A stretch of DNA of 64,000 nucleotides. It comes from Candidatus Magasanikbacteria bacterium RIFOXYB2_FULL_38_10. GTDB lineage: Bacteria > Patescibacteriota > Patescibacteriia > Magasanikbacterales > UBA10003. The stretch covers positions 30,119 to 94,118 of the forward strand of contig MFQT01000017.1 in the NCBI GenBank assembly GCA_001783145.1. The letters are read 5' to 3'. Below, piece by piece: positions 39,314 through 49,089 of this stretch. Each line of letters opens with the position of its first letter. Within the stretch, counting starts at the first letter, position 1. The notes under the pieces were generated by a model, which saw only the letters and a program-made list of their open reading frames with translations, was not told where the DNA came from and made no database searches. Made by a program: the position numbers and the translations under genes.

Positions 39314-41352
39314 TGAAAAAGTTTTTATTTTGGAAATTGAGGCGTTCTAGAGATCACAACCCCTTTTTAATTCAAGAGGGTAAAATTTTGGATGAAAATA
39401 TTGAAGAGATAAGCAGAAAACGCTGGGTAGAAGATGCTTGGATACCACGCCAAGAAGAAAAAGGCGCCCCGTCGACCCTTTCTGAATTTATTGGAAAGTC
39501 CACTAGTCAAAAACGAATTAAAATGGCATTGTTAGGCATATTTTTAATTTTGTTTTGTATTTTATTACGTTCTTTTTATTTACAAATATTAAATGCAAAT
39601 AAATTTAGAAAATTGGCCGAAAATAATCGTTTGCGTTTTGAGCCGATTATTGCTGAAAGAGGAATCATTTATGACCGCAATTTAGTTCCTTTGGTAAGTA
39701 ATGTTCCATCTTTTAATCTAATTTTATTGCCCCAAGACTTACCTAAGGACCAGAATAAAAGGAAAGAAACTTTAAATAAAATTTCACAAATTAGTAATTT
39801 AGATTATTTTAAATTAGAAGAGAAGTTACAAAATACCAATTCTTCCTTTTTTCAGTATATTAATTTGATGGAAAATTTGGATTATGATAAGGCGCTGTCT
39901 CTAATTATGCAAGGAACTGATGTGCCGGGTATGGGTATTGAACAGGTTTATAATCGGCATTATCTTTTTTCCCCCGAAATTAAAATTTCCCCCTCAACTT
40001 CAGATTTTTTATCAAATAAAAAAAATCAAAATTCTATTTTGTCCCTATCGCATTTGTTGGGTTACACCGGTAAAATTAATAAAGATGAATTACACAATAA
40101 TCCAAATTATTTATTGACGGATGATATTGGTAAAACGGGATTGGAAAAAACTTACGAAAAAGATTTAAGGGGAGAATACGGTGAAAAAGCCATTGAAGTT
40201 GATGCCTTGGGTAAAGAAAAAAATATTATCAAGGTATTTCCTCCTGTTGTGGGAAAAAATTTAGTGTTAACTATTAATCTTGAATATCAAAAAAAATTAG
40301 AAGAATTTTTAACTGGGCAGCTCAAGGCTTCTCAAAAGCAGAAGGCGGTTGCAATACTAATGGATCCTCATAATGGAGAAATTTTGGCCCTAGTCAATTG
40401 GCCATCTTTTAATAATAATTTCTTTGCCTCGGGAATTAGTAATGAAGATTATGAAAAATTAATTAATGACGACAACGATCCTCTTTTTCCCAGGGCTTGG
40501 AGTGGACTCTATCCTTCCGGCTCAACCATTAAGCCTTTATATGCTGCTGCGGCATTAAATGAAAGAGTAATTGATAAAAATACCAGTTTTTTAAGCGATG
40601 GAGGAATTAGGGTAGATAAGTGGTTTTTTCCTGATTGGAAAGCTGGCGGACACGGCGTAACTTCGGTGCGCAAAGCTATCGCGGAATCAGTAAATACATT
40701 TTTTTACTATATTGGAGGTGGTTATCAAAATTTTTCTGGACTAGGGCTAGAAAAAATTATTACTTACCTGCAAAAATTTAAGTTTGGCGAAAAATTGGGA
40801 ATAGATTTACCGGGAGAGGCAATGGGATTCATTCCCAGTCGTGAGTGGAAGCTTAAAACAAAAAAAGAACAGTGGTATATTGGTGATACTTATAATTTAT
40901 CAATTGGTCAGGGCGATTTGTTAGTGACACCTTTGCAAATTGCCAGTCTAACCGCGGCCATAGCTAATGGCGGAAAAATTTTTCAACCTCATCTTGTTTT
41001 AGAATTTTCAGATAATATTACAAAAAAAACTAATAAAATCGAAATTAAAACTTTGGCTACTAATCTAATTCCTGATGAATACCTGAAAGTGGTTCGAGAG
41101 GGTATGAGACAAACGGTTACTTCTGGTAGCGCTCAATCTTTGGCAAATTTGCCTATAACTGTAGCAGGGAAAACAGGTACGGCGCAATGGTCCCAAAACA
41201 AAGAAAATCACGCCTGGTTTACTTGTTTTGCGCCTTACGAAAAACCCGAATTGGTTTTAACTGTTTTGGTAGAAGAGGGTGGGGAGGGGAGCAGTATCGC
41301 CGTACCAATAGCCAGACAATTCTTAACTTGGTTTGCTAATAAAAATCCCTAA
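39313..41352 (+). CDS. mrdA: penicillin-binding protein 2 (class B transpeptidase)
   Basis: Transpeptidase motifs SGSTIKP (SxxK), the ESVN region (SxN) and KTGTA (KTG). Context mreBCD. Confidence 0.85.
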   Translation: MKKFLFWKLRRSRDHNPFLIQEGKILDENIEEISRKRWVEDAWIPRQEEKGAPSTLSEFIGKSTSQKRIKMALLGIFLILFCILLRSFYLQILNANKFRKLAENNRLRFEPIIAERGIIYDRNLVPLVSNVPSFNLILLPQDLPKDQNKRKETLNKISQISNLDYFKLEEKLQNTNSSFFQYINLMENLDYDKALSLIMQGTDVPGMGIEQVYNRHYLFSPEIKISPSTSDFLSNKKNQNSILSLSHLLGYTGKINKDELHNNPNYLLTDDIGKTGLEKTYEKDLRGEYGEKAIEVDALGKEKNIIKVFPPVVGKNLVLTINLEYQKKLEEFLTGQLKASQKQKAVAILMDPHNGEILALVNWPSFNNNFFASGISNEDYEKLINDDNDPLFPRAWSGLYPSGSTIKPLYAAAALNERVIDKNTSFLSDGGIRVDKWFFPDWKAGGHGVTSVRKAIAESVNTFFYYIGGGYQNFSGLGLEKIITYLQKFKFGEKLGIDLPGEAMGFIPSREWKLKTKKEQWYIGDTYNLSIGQGDLLVTPLQIASLTAAIANGGKIFQPHLVLEFSDNITKKTNKIEIKTLATNLIPDEYLKVVREGMRQTVTSGSAQSLANLPITVAGKTGTAQWSQNKENHAWFTCFAPYEKPELVLTVLVEEGGEGSSIAVPIARQFLTWFANKNP

Positions 41353-41421
41353 ATTTAGCTAATTTATTAAAAATCTAAAATCAAAGTGACTAATTTGTAA
41401 TACAGACTATTGGTGTAAATA

Positions 41422-41450
41422 TTGACAAAAATTGAAAAAAATTATATAAT
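41422..41450 (+). promoter_or_regulatory. consensus sigma70 promoter for greA (TTGACA - 17 nt - TATAAT)
   Basis: TTGACA at 41422-41427, a 17-nt spacer and TATAAT at 41445-41450. Confidence 0.6.
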
Positions 41451-41506
41451 ATTTTCACTTAAATTAACCGGCCCTAAGAGGACGGTCTTAATTTTTAAAA
41501 AATACT

Positions 41507-41974
41507 ATGGCTGATGAAGACAATTTAACTTATTTAACTCCGGAGGGTTTAGAAAAAATTAAATCTGAAATATCTTCCCTTAAAAATAAGCTTCACGAAG
41601 TGTCTGAGCATATAGAAAAAGCTAAAGAATTGGGTGATCTTTCAGAAAATGCAGAGTATCACGAAGCTAAAGACGATTTTGCCTTTACTCAAGGTAGAAT
41701 TCAAGAGTTGGAAGCAATAACTATGAGAGCACAAATTGTGCCAAAAAGCAGCCGGGACATGGTTAGCATTGGCTCCTCGGTTAAGATTAAAAGTGACAAG
41801 GGGCGCGAATCAGAATATTCTATTGTTGGTTCTAACGAAGCTGACCCTTTACGTGGAAAAATTTCTAATGAGTCACCCTTGGCTTTGGCTTTTTTAGGCA
41901 AAAAAAGAGGGGATAGGGTAGAAGTAAAAACTCCCACCGGTTCCACCGGTTATCAAATTTTAGAAATAAGTTAA
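41507..41974 (+). CDS. greA: transcription elongation factor GreA
   Basis: N-terminal coiled-coil with the DLSENAEYH acidic tip motif and a C-terminal FKBP-like domain. Confidence 0.9.
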   Translation: MADEDNLTYLTPEGLEKIKSEISSLKNKLHEVSEHIEKAKELGDLSENAEYHEAKDDFAFTQGRIQELEAITMRAQIVPKSSRDMVSIGSSVKIKSDKGRESEYSIVGSNEADPLRGKISNESPLALAFLGKKRGDRVEVKTPTGSTGYQILEIS

Positions 41975-42128
41975 ATAAAATAATATTTAAAATAAGCTCC
42001 ATTAAATAGGGAGCTTATTTTAAATATTTAATCTTTTAATTTGCTTGATCTTTATCTTAAAATGGGCTATAATCTTTAAAAGGCCGTTTGATAAATTTAA
42101 AACAAAAAACGGATATTATTATAATAAT

Positions 42129-43622
42129 ATGTCTGAAGAAATGCAAAAAACAATCATTGAAGAAACAGGAGTTAGATTAAAAAAATTAGAAGAGATTAAA
42201 AAGCTTGGTTTAAATCCCTTTCCTTCTTGGGGTGATCTTGAAAGAAAGAAAATTAAAAATGTTGTTGAAGATTTTGAAAGATTATCAGAGCGTCAAGAAA
42301 TTATTGAGGTTGCCGGTAGATTAAGAGCTATTCGAGGCCATGGCGGTTCCACTTTTGCCCATCTAAACGATGACACTGATAAGATTCAAATATATTTTAA
42401 AAAAGACGAAGTAGGTGATGATGTCTATGATTTTTTTTCTAATTTAATTGACGTTGGAGATTTTGTCGCTGTCAAAGGTTCTTGTTTTATCACCAAAAGG
42501 GGAGAAAAAACCTTATTAGTTAAAAGCTGGCAATTGCTTTCTAAAAGTCTTTTACCCTTACCAGATAAATTTCATGGTCTGTCTGATGTGGAAATAAGAT
42601 TTAGACAGAGATATCTAGACCTTTTGTCTAATCCCGAAGTTAAAGAAAAAGCTCTAAAAAGAATTCAAATTGTTAAGAGCACTAGAGATTTCTTTGATAT
42701 GGAAGGTTTTGCAGAGGTAGAAACACCGATCCTGCAACCACTTTATGGCGGCGCTACGGCTAAACCTTTCATTACCCACCATAACGCCTTAAATACCGAC
42801 TTATATTTGCGTATTGCTCCAGAACTTTATCTTAAAAGATTAATTGTGGGGGGGTTTGAAAAAGTTTTTGAAATTGCCCGTTGTTTTCGTAATGAGGGTA
42901 TAGATTATAGCCATAATCCAGAATTCACTCAAATAGAATTTTATTGGGCTTATGCCACTTATGAAGATTTAATGAAACTGATGGAAAAGTTTTTTTCTTA
43001 TCTTTTACCAAGATTAGGAATGGGCTTAAAGTTTGTTTATCAGGGACAAGAGATAGATATGACACCGCCGTATCCAAGAAAGACTTTTCGGGAACTTTTA
43101 ATAGAATATGCCAAGATGGATATTGAGGAATTTTTAGAAAGCGCCGATCTCTACGTTTGGTCCAAAAAACAAGGCTTGGAATTGAATAAAAAAGATGGGC
43201 GCGGCAAAATGTTAGATGACATTTATAAACATTTTGTTAGACCTAAAATTATTCAGCCGTTGTTTATGACAGATCATCCGGTAGAATTGTCGCCTTTAGC
43301 AAAACGTCAAGAAAAAAGTCCGGCTTATGTGGAAAGAATGCAGCTTTTAGTGGCGGGTGGCTTTGAATTGTGTAATGGCTTTTCCGAATTAAATGATCCC
43401 TTGGATCAAGAAGAAAGATTAAGAGAACAAGAAGAATTAAGAAAAAAAGGGGATGAAGAGGCACAACGTTACGATGAAGATTTTGTCACAGCTTTAAAGC
43501 ACGGTTTGCCCCCTACAGCGGGTTTAGGCATGGGAATTGATAGGTTGTCCGCCTTATTAAGTGATTCACACAATTTAAAAGAGATCATTTTATTTCCCAC
43601 GCTGAAACCGGAAAATAAATAA
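42129..43622 (+). CDS. lysS: lysine--tRNA ligase (class II)
   Basis: OB-fold anticodon-binding domain followed by class II motifs (FRNEG, GLGMGIDRL). ATG at 42129 (MSEEMQK) chosen. The upstream in-frame extension is AT-rich leader. Confidence 0.85.
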   Translation: MSEEMQKTIIEETGVRLKKLEEIKKLGLNPFPSWGDLERKKIKNVVEDFERLSERQEIIEVAGRLRAIRGHGGSTFAHLNDDTDKIQIYFKKDEVGDDVYDFFSNLIDVGDFVAVKGSCFITKRGEKTLLVKSWQLLSKSLLPLPDKFHGLSDVEIRFRQRYLDLLSNPEVKEKALKRIQIVKSTRDFFDMEGFAEVETPILQPLYGGATAKPFITHHNALNTDLYLRIAPELYLKRLIVGGFEKVFEIARCFRNEGIDYSHNPEFTQIEFYWAYATYEDLMKLMEKFFSYLLPRLGMGLKFVYQGQEIDMTPPYPRKTFRELLIEYAKMDIEEFLESADLYVWSKKQGLELNKKDGRGKMLDDIYKHFVRPKIIQPLFMTDHPVELSPLAKRQEKSPAYVERMQLLVAGGFELCNGFSELNDPLDQEERLREQEELRKKGDEEAQRYDEDFVTALKHGLPPTAGLGMGIDRLSALLSDSHNLKEIILFPTLKPENK

Positions 43623-43623
43623 T

Positions 43624-44049
43624 ATGCAAAAAGTGATGGTTTTTGGTTCTTTTGATATCCTTCATAAAGGACATGAGAAATTTTTTAAGCAAGCACATAA
43701 ATTCGGAGATTTTTTGTTGGTTTGTTTGGCTAGAGATTCTACAATCAAAAAGGTAAAAAAAAATGACCCCATTTTTCCTGAGAAAGAAAGACTGTCTAAT
43801 TTAAAAAAGACAGGTTGGGCGGATAAAGTTATTTTGGGGGACAAAAAAAATTATTTTAAGCCAATCTTAAATTTTAAACCACAGGTAATTTGTTTAGGTT
43901 ATGACCAATTTTTTTTTATTAAAGAATTAGAGGAGGAAATTAAAAAAAAAGGTTTAAAAATAAAAGTCGTTCGATTAACTAGTTTTAAGCCCCATCTTTA
44001 TAAATCATCACTATTAAGAAAAAAATATGTTAGACATCAAATTTATTAG
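43624..44049 (+). CDS. cytidylyltransferase-like nucleotidyltransferase (RibL/FAD synthase-type)
   Basis: VFGSFDILHKGHEKF carries the HxGH nucleotidyltransferase motif. 141 aa. Confidence 0.5.
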   Translation: MQKVMVFGSFDILHKGHEKFFKQAHKFGDFLLVCLARDSTIKKVKKNDPIFPEKERLSNLKKTGWADKVILGDKKNYFKPILNFKPQVICLGYDQFFFIKELEEEIKKKGLKIKVVRLTSFKPHLYKSSLLRKKYVRHQIY

Positions 44050-45310
44050 AGATAATTTAAAGTTAGTCAAACAAAATAATAAAAATAAAAAAGTAGATGT
44101 GGATGTAGAAAAAATGATTGAATTGGATAGCCGGAGAAGGGAATTTCAAATTGAATTGGAAAGCCTTAGAAACGAAAAAAATAAAATATCAAAAACTAAA
44201 CCCAATGAAGTGGAAATTCTTGAAATGAAAAAGATGGGTGAAAAAATTAAGAGTTTAGAAAGTCAAATTAAAGAGATGGAACCGCAAGTTGAAGAGATTT
44301 TATTAAAAATTCCTAATCTTGTTCATGAATCAACCCCGGTTGGCCCTGATGAGAGTGGTAATAAAGTTTTAAGAGAGGTGGGAAAGAAACCGAAGTTTTC
44401 TTTTAAACCAAAGGAACATTGGGAACTGGGTAAAGAGCATGATTTAATAGATAATGAAAAAGCTGCACAAATTGCCGGGTCTCGTTTTACTTATTTAAAG
44501 GGAAAACTAGCCCTGCTTCAGTTTGCCTTAATTAATCACGCTTTAAGCATTTTGACTGACAAAGAATATCTTAAAAAAATAATAGAAAAAAATAATTTAA
44601 GTGTTGTTGACACTCCCTTTATACCAATTATCCCACCGGTTTTTATTAAACCAGAAATTTTTAATAAAATGGCAAGATTGGAACCAAAAGAAGAGCGTTA
44701 TTATATTCCCAGCGATGATTTGTTCTTAATAGGTAGCGCCGAGCATACCTTAGGTCCTTTGCATATGGACGAAACAATTGATGAACGAATTTTGCCAATC
44801 CGCTATGTGGGGATTTCTTTAGCTTTTCGTCGCGAGGCGGGATCTTACGGCAAAGACACTAAGGGTATTTTGCGAGTACATCAATTTGATAAAATAGAGA
44901 TGGAATCCTTTTCCTTGCCGGAAAAATCAACTGAAGAACAGAATTTTTTTGTTGCCATTCAAGAAGAGTTAATGAATACACTAAATTTACCCTACAGAAT
45001 AGTGCAAATTTGCACAGGGGATATGGGAGGCCCGGATGCTCGACAGATTGATTTAGAAACCTGGATGCCCGGTCAAAATAAATACCGTGAAACGCACACC
45101 TCCGATTTAATGACAGATTATCAGTCTCGCCGTTTAAAAACCAAATATAAGAAGATTGATGGTACTACCAACCTGGTTCATATGAATGATGCTACAGCTT
45201 ATGCTGTTGGGCGCACTTTAATTGCTATAATGGAAAATTATCAGCAAGAAGACGGGATAATAATTGTTCCGGAGGCACTTCGCAAGTATGTAGGGTTTGA
45301 AAAAATTTAG
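44027..45310 (+). CDS. serS: serine--tRNA ligase
   Basis: N-terminal coiled-coil arm and class II core with FRREAGS and GQNKYRETHTSD-type motifs. Confidence 0.85.
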   Translation: MLDIKFIRDNLKLVKQNNKNKKVDVDVEKMIELDSRRREFQIELESLRNEKNKISKTKPNEVEILEMKKMGEKIKSLESQIKEMEPQVEEILLKIPNLVHESTPVGPDESGNKVLREVGKKPKFSFKPKEHWELGKEHDLIDNEKAAQIAGSRFTYLKGKLALLQFALINHALSILTDKEYLKKIIEKNNLSVVDTPFIPIIPPVFIKPEIFNKMARLEPKEERYYIPSDDLFLIGSAEHTLGPLHMDETIDERILPIRYVGISLAFRREAGSYGKDTKGILRVHQFDKIEMESFSLPEKSTEEQNFFVAIQEELMNTLNLPYRIVQICTGDMGGPDARQIDLETWMPGQNKYRETHTSDLMTDYQSRRLKTKYKKIDGTTNLVHMNDATAYAVGRTLIAIMENYQQEDGIIIVPEALRKYVGFEKI

Positions 45311-46211
45311 TATCAAAATAAATATGCTAAGCCGTCATAGTTATAAAAAATCCCGGCTTTTACATAATAAATTTAAGAAAAGGGATTTTTTAATTAAAAA
45401 ATTTAAAAATCCTTATTTTCTTAAAGATAGAATGCCGCGTCGGACCAGGGCCCCACGTCTAAAACTTGCCTTAGGTGTCCTAAGTTTATTGGGGATTGTG
45501 ATTATTTTTTTAATACATCCCTATTTTTTGATTAATAAAATAGAGATAGACGGAGCCCAAACTATTTCCGAAGAATTTGTAAAAAATTTAGCGGAAAAAG
45601 TGATGTCTAAGAAAAGATTTTTATTTTTTAACGGCCACAATATATTTTTAGTTGATTTAAATAAAATTAAAGAGGAAATCAAAAATAAAATAGTTTTGGA
45701 AAATTTAGATGTAAATAGTAAAAGTCAGCGATCCTTACAAATTAAAATTAGTGAAAAATCCCCCAAGCTTATTTTACAAAGTAATTTAATAAATGCATCT
45801 TCCACCATTGCTAATTTTTTTTCTTTAGATTCCGAAGGTAAAATAATAACAGAGGCGAATAAATCCGATAACCTAACTCTACCGGTTATTATTTTTGAAA
45901 AAAATCCTCCTAATTTTTCTTTAAATAATCAAATAATTTCCCAAGCGACAATTGAATTTATTTATTTCTTAAATAAAAATATTGATAAAGTAAATAATGT
46001 CAACATCAGCCATTTTTTAGTAGACGGGATCAATGAAAGGGTTATTAATGTACAAACTGATGAAGGGTGGAAGATAATTTTAGATCGTCAAAATGATTGG
46101 CAAAAACAAGTGCAAGTTTTAAATCTTTTATTGCAGGAAAAAATCAAAAAAGAAAGAAAAAGCATAAAATATATAGATGTTAGGTATGAAAATAGGTCCT
46201 ATTATCAATAA
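45297..46211 (+). CDS. FtsQ/DivIB-like cell division protein (POTRA-type), tentative
   Basis: Basic N-terminus, single TM helix, then a domain beginning IEIDGAQTISEEFV, resembling the POTRA start of FtsQ. Confidence 0.35.
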   Translation: MKKFSIKINMLSRHSYKKSRLLHNKFKKRDFLIKKFKNPYFLKDRMPRRTRAPRLKLALGVLSLLGIVIIFLIHPYFLINKIEIDGAQTISEEFVKNLAEKVMSKKRFLFFNGHNIFLVDLNKIKEEIKNKIVLENLDVNSKSQRSLQIKISEKSPKLILQSNLINASSTIANFFSLDSEGKIITEANKSDNLTLPVIIFEKNPPNFSLNNQIISQATIEFIYFLNKNIDKVNNVNISHFLVDGINERVINVQTDEGWKIILDRQNDWQKQVQVLNLLLQEKIKKERKSIKYIDVRYENRSYYQ

Positions 46212-46260
46212 TGAATTGGTATAGGGAAGGCTGTAGAGGACTAGTTTATTGAGTTTAAGT

Positions 46261-46290
46261 AGTGTCGCACAATATACCTTATGCGACACT
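46261..46290. terminator. bidirectional hairpin terminator between convergent genes
   Basis: Perfect 9-bp stem agtgtcgca / tgcgacact with a 12-nt loop, AT-rich on both flanks. Confidence 0.55.
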
Positions 46291-46357
46291 GTATTAATAA
46301 ATAAGATGGACAAGCTGTAAACTCCAACCCTTTCTTTTGATAATAAAAATCCACATT

Positions 46358-47548
46358 TTATTTTAAATAATCCATTGGGTCTACGGGTAAACCGTTAACT
46401 CTAACCTCAAAATGTAAATGTGGACCGGTAGAAAAACCGGCCCCGGGAGTGCCTGGCATGCCACCGCTGTAGCCAATTATGTCACCTCTAGCCACATAGG
46501 AGCCTTCTGAGGCGTTAAAGCGTGATAAATGGCCATATAAGGTGGCAATACCGTTATTATGAATAATCATTATATTATTGCCGTAAGATTTGCTATTATT
46601 TCTTACCCACGCCACATAACCTGAAGCCGCCGCCCTTAAGGCAGTTCCTGTCTTAATTGGTAAATCAATACCGGTATGTTCAAAAAGGTATTTAAAGGGA
46701 TAAGTGGAATCTCTAAAATAAGTAGATATGCCTTTAACCGGATCTGCCGGCCAAGAAAGTACGGACGGGTTGGTATCTAGTTTACTGTCTTTATTCAGTT
46801 CTTTTTTTAATTTGTTTTGCAAATTAATGATCTCTTGGTCAAAAGAGCTCTGTTCTCGCTTTAATTGTGCCAAAAGAGACTTAAACTTACTTTCTGAGAG
46901 TTTTGTCTGATTAAGTAGATAACTATTAGCCTCTTTTTGATTATTAAGTGAAGCATTATGGTCTAAAAGTTGCTTATTTAATTTTTGAACTTGTTGCTTT
47001 TTGGCTTCGGTAAAATTTTGTTTATCTTCTAAATCTTTTTTTTCGGTTTTTATTATTTTTAAGACCTGGGTTATTTGACTATTAATATCCTCTAAATATT
47101 TTAATTGATTAAAATATTCTGAAAATGAGGGGCGGGATAAAATAACATTTAAATAATCCCTTTGATCGTTGATGTTGATTTGACGTAAAAGATTTTGGAT
47201 ATAGTGCTTTTGTTTCTCAATTTTTTCCTTTTTTTCGGTGATATTTTGTCCCAAAGAATTAATCTCTAAATCTAAAGATTCAATTTGCGTTTCTGTTAAT
47301 CTTATGTCCAGCCCTGCCTTGCTAATTTTACTTTTTAAAATAGCCAATTGATTACTAAGATTGACAGCTTCCTTTTGTTTAGATTCTATGTCTTTTTGAT
47401 AAACGTTTATTTTATCTTGCAAAGTTTTAATTGAGTCCTGTTTTTCTTTAATCTGTTCACTAATGTCATCAGTAACTGAAGATAAGGCCCTATTTATGGG
47501 CCAAAATATGAAGAGTAAAAAGACCATAACAAGCAGGGTCTTTTTCAT
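46358..47548 (-). CDS. M23 family peptidase with N-terminal coiled-coil (EnvC-like)
   Basis: C-terminal LytM/M23 domain (HTGIDLP ... GHLS ... HLHFEV) after a signal peptide and long coiled-coil. Confidence 0.8.
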   Translation of the reverse strand: MKKTLLVMVFLLFIFWPINRALSSVTDDISEQIKEKQDSIKTLQDKINVYQKDIESKQKEAVNLSNQLAILKSKISKAGLDIRLTETQIESLDLEINSLGQNITEKKEKIEKQKHYIQNLLRQININDQRDYLNVILSRPSFSEYFNQLKYLEDINSQITQVLKIIKTEKKDLEDKQNFTEAKKQQVQKLNKQLLDHNASLNNQKEANSYLLNQTKLSESKFKSLLAQLKREQSSFDQEIINLQNKLKKELNKDSKLDTNPSVLSWPADPVKGISTYFRDSTYPFKYLFEHTGIDLPIKTGTALRAAASGYVAWVRNNSKSYGNNIMIIHNNGIATLYGHLSRFNASEGSYVARGDIIGYSGGMPGTPGAGFSTGPHLHFEVRVNGLPVDPMDYLK

Positions 47549-47550
47549 AA

Positions 47551-49068
47551 TTAGATATTAATCAATTTTTCTAAAGATTCTTTAATGCGTCTTAAGGACT
47601 CTTCTTTGCCTAAGACCCATAAAAGATCAAAGGGGCCTGGCGATTTTTCCAATCCAGAAAGGGACACGCGTAAAGGCCAAAGAGTTGTTCCGATGTCCCA
47701 CTTTTTGTTGTCAATTTTTTTCAAAACAGCCTCTTCTATCCCCCGCACAGTCCATTCCCCAGAATAAACTTTAAAAAAGTTTATTAGTTCACTCAATCTT
47801 TCCTCGGTAATTTTTTTATCACTTTTTTTCCAAATCATTATTTGCGGATTAAAGTTGGGCTGTTTAAAGAAAAAATAAGTCGCCTCTGTTATTTCAGAGA
47901 CTTTTTTTAATCTTTCTTGAGTAATAGTTACAATTTTGGCGATTTTTTCTTTTTCTTCTATTGATAAATTTTGAACAACTAAATTACTTTCAATTAAATA
48001 GGGTAAACATTGGTCAATTAGATTATCAACGGTCATTTTTTTAAGGTATTGACTATTCAACCATTCTAATTTAGTCAAATCAAAAATAGCGCTAGCTTTT
48101 TGAATTTTATGTATATCAAAAAATTTGACTAATTCATCCAAACTAAAAACCTCTTGCTCTGTTCCCGAGTTCCAACCGAGCATAGCCACAAAATTATTCA
48201 GTGTTTCTGGTAAAAAACCATTTTTCAAATAATCTTCTACCGCCACGTCGCCTTGGCGTTTGCTCATCTTAACAATTTTACCGGTGACGGGATCCTTTCT
48301 CATGATTAAAGGCAAATGAATAAATTGTGGCCTGGGCCAACCTAAATAATCAAACAGAATTACATGTTTAGGGGTTGATGACAACCATTCTTCACCGCGT
48401 ATGATATGGGTTATTTTCATTAAATAGTCATCTACCACAACTGCCAGATGATAAGTGGGAAAGCCGTCGGATTTAATTAAAACTTGATCATCAATTAATT
48501 TATTTTCAAATACTATTTCACCGTGTACCAAATCATTAAATTTCGTCGTTCCTTTTCTTGGCACGGCTAACCTGATAACATAAGGCAAATTTTGTTCCAA
48601 ATTTTTAGCCACAGTCTCTTTATCTAAGTTACGACACAAACCATCATACATGGTGGGCTGATGGTTTAATTCTTGTTTGCGACGTACTTCATCCAAGCGT
48701 TCTGTAGAACAAAAACAATAATAGGCGTGGCCTTTTTTAACCAAATCCGAGGCGTATTTATTATAAATTTCCAGTCTTTTTGATTGAACATATGGACAGC
48801 AGTCCCCTCTTTCTATTATTTTTCCATTTTCCAAAAAAGGTCCTTCATCCCATTTCAAACTTAATTTTTCCAAAACAGAAAGGATATTTTCTAAAGCCCC
48901 TTCTACAAAACGTGTCCTGTCAGTATCTTCTATACGTAAAACAAAAGAGCCATTATTTTGTTTGGCAAAAAGATAGTTATAAAGAGCCGTTCTTAAACTG
49001 CCAATATGAACAAATCCTGTTGGGCTCGGGGCAAATCTAACCCTTATTTTGTTATTGTTTTTAAACAT
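47551..49068 (-). CDS. gltX: glutamate--tRNA ligase
   Basis: RFAPSPTGFVHIGSLRTALYNY (HIGH region) and KMSKRQGD (KMSKS). Confidence 0.9.
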   Translation of the reverse strand: MFKNNNKIRVRFAPSPTGFVHIGSLRTALYNYLFAKQNNGSFVLRIEDTDRTRFVEGALENILSVLEKLSLKWDEGPFLENGKIIERGDCCPYVQSKRLEIYNKYASDLVKKGHAYYCFCSTERLDEVRRKQELNHQPTMYDGLCRNLDKETVAKNLEQNLPYVIRLAVPRKGTTKFNDLVHGEIVFENKLIDDQVLIKSDGFPTYHLAVVVDDYLMKITHIIRGEEWLSSTPKHVILFDYLGWPRPQFIHLPLIMRKDPVTGKIVKMSKRQGDVAVEDYLKNGFLPETLNNFVAMLGWNSGTEQEVFSLDELVKFFDIHKIQKASAIFDLTKLEWLNSQYLKKMTVDNLIDQCLPYLIESNLVVQNLSIEEKEKIAKIVTITQERLKKVSEITEATYFFFKQPNFNPQIMIWKKSDKKITEERLSELINFFKVYSGEWTVRGIEEAVLKKIDNKKWDIGTTLWPLRVSLSGLEKSPGPFDLLWVLGKEESLRRIKESLEKLINI

Positions 49069-49089
49069 AAATCTTAAATCCAGTATATC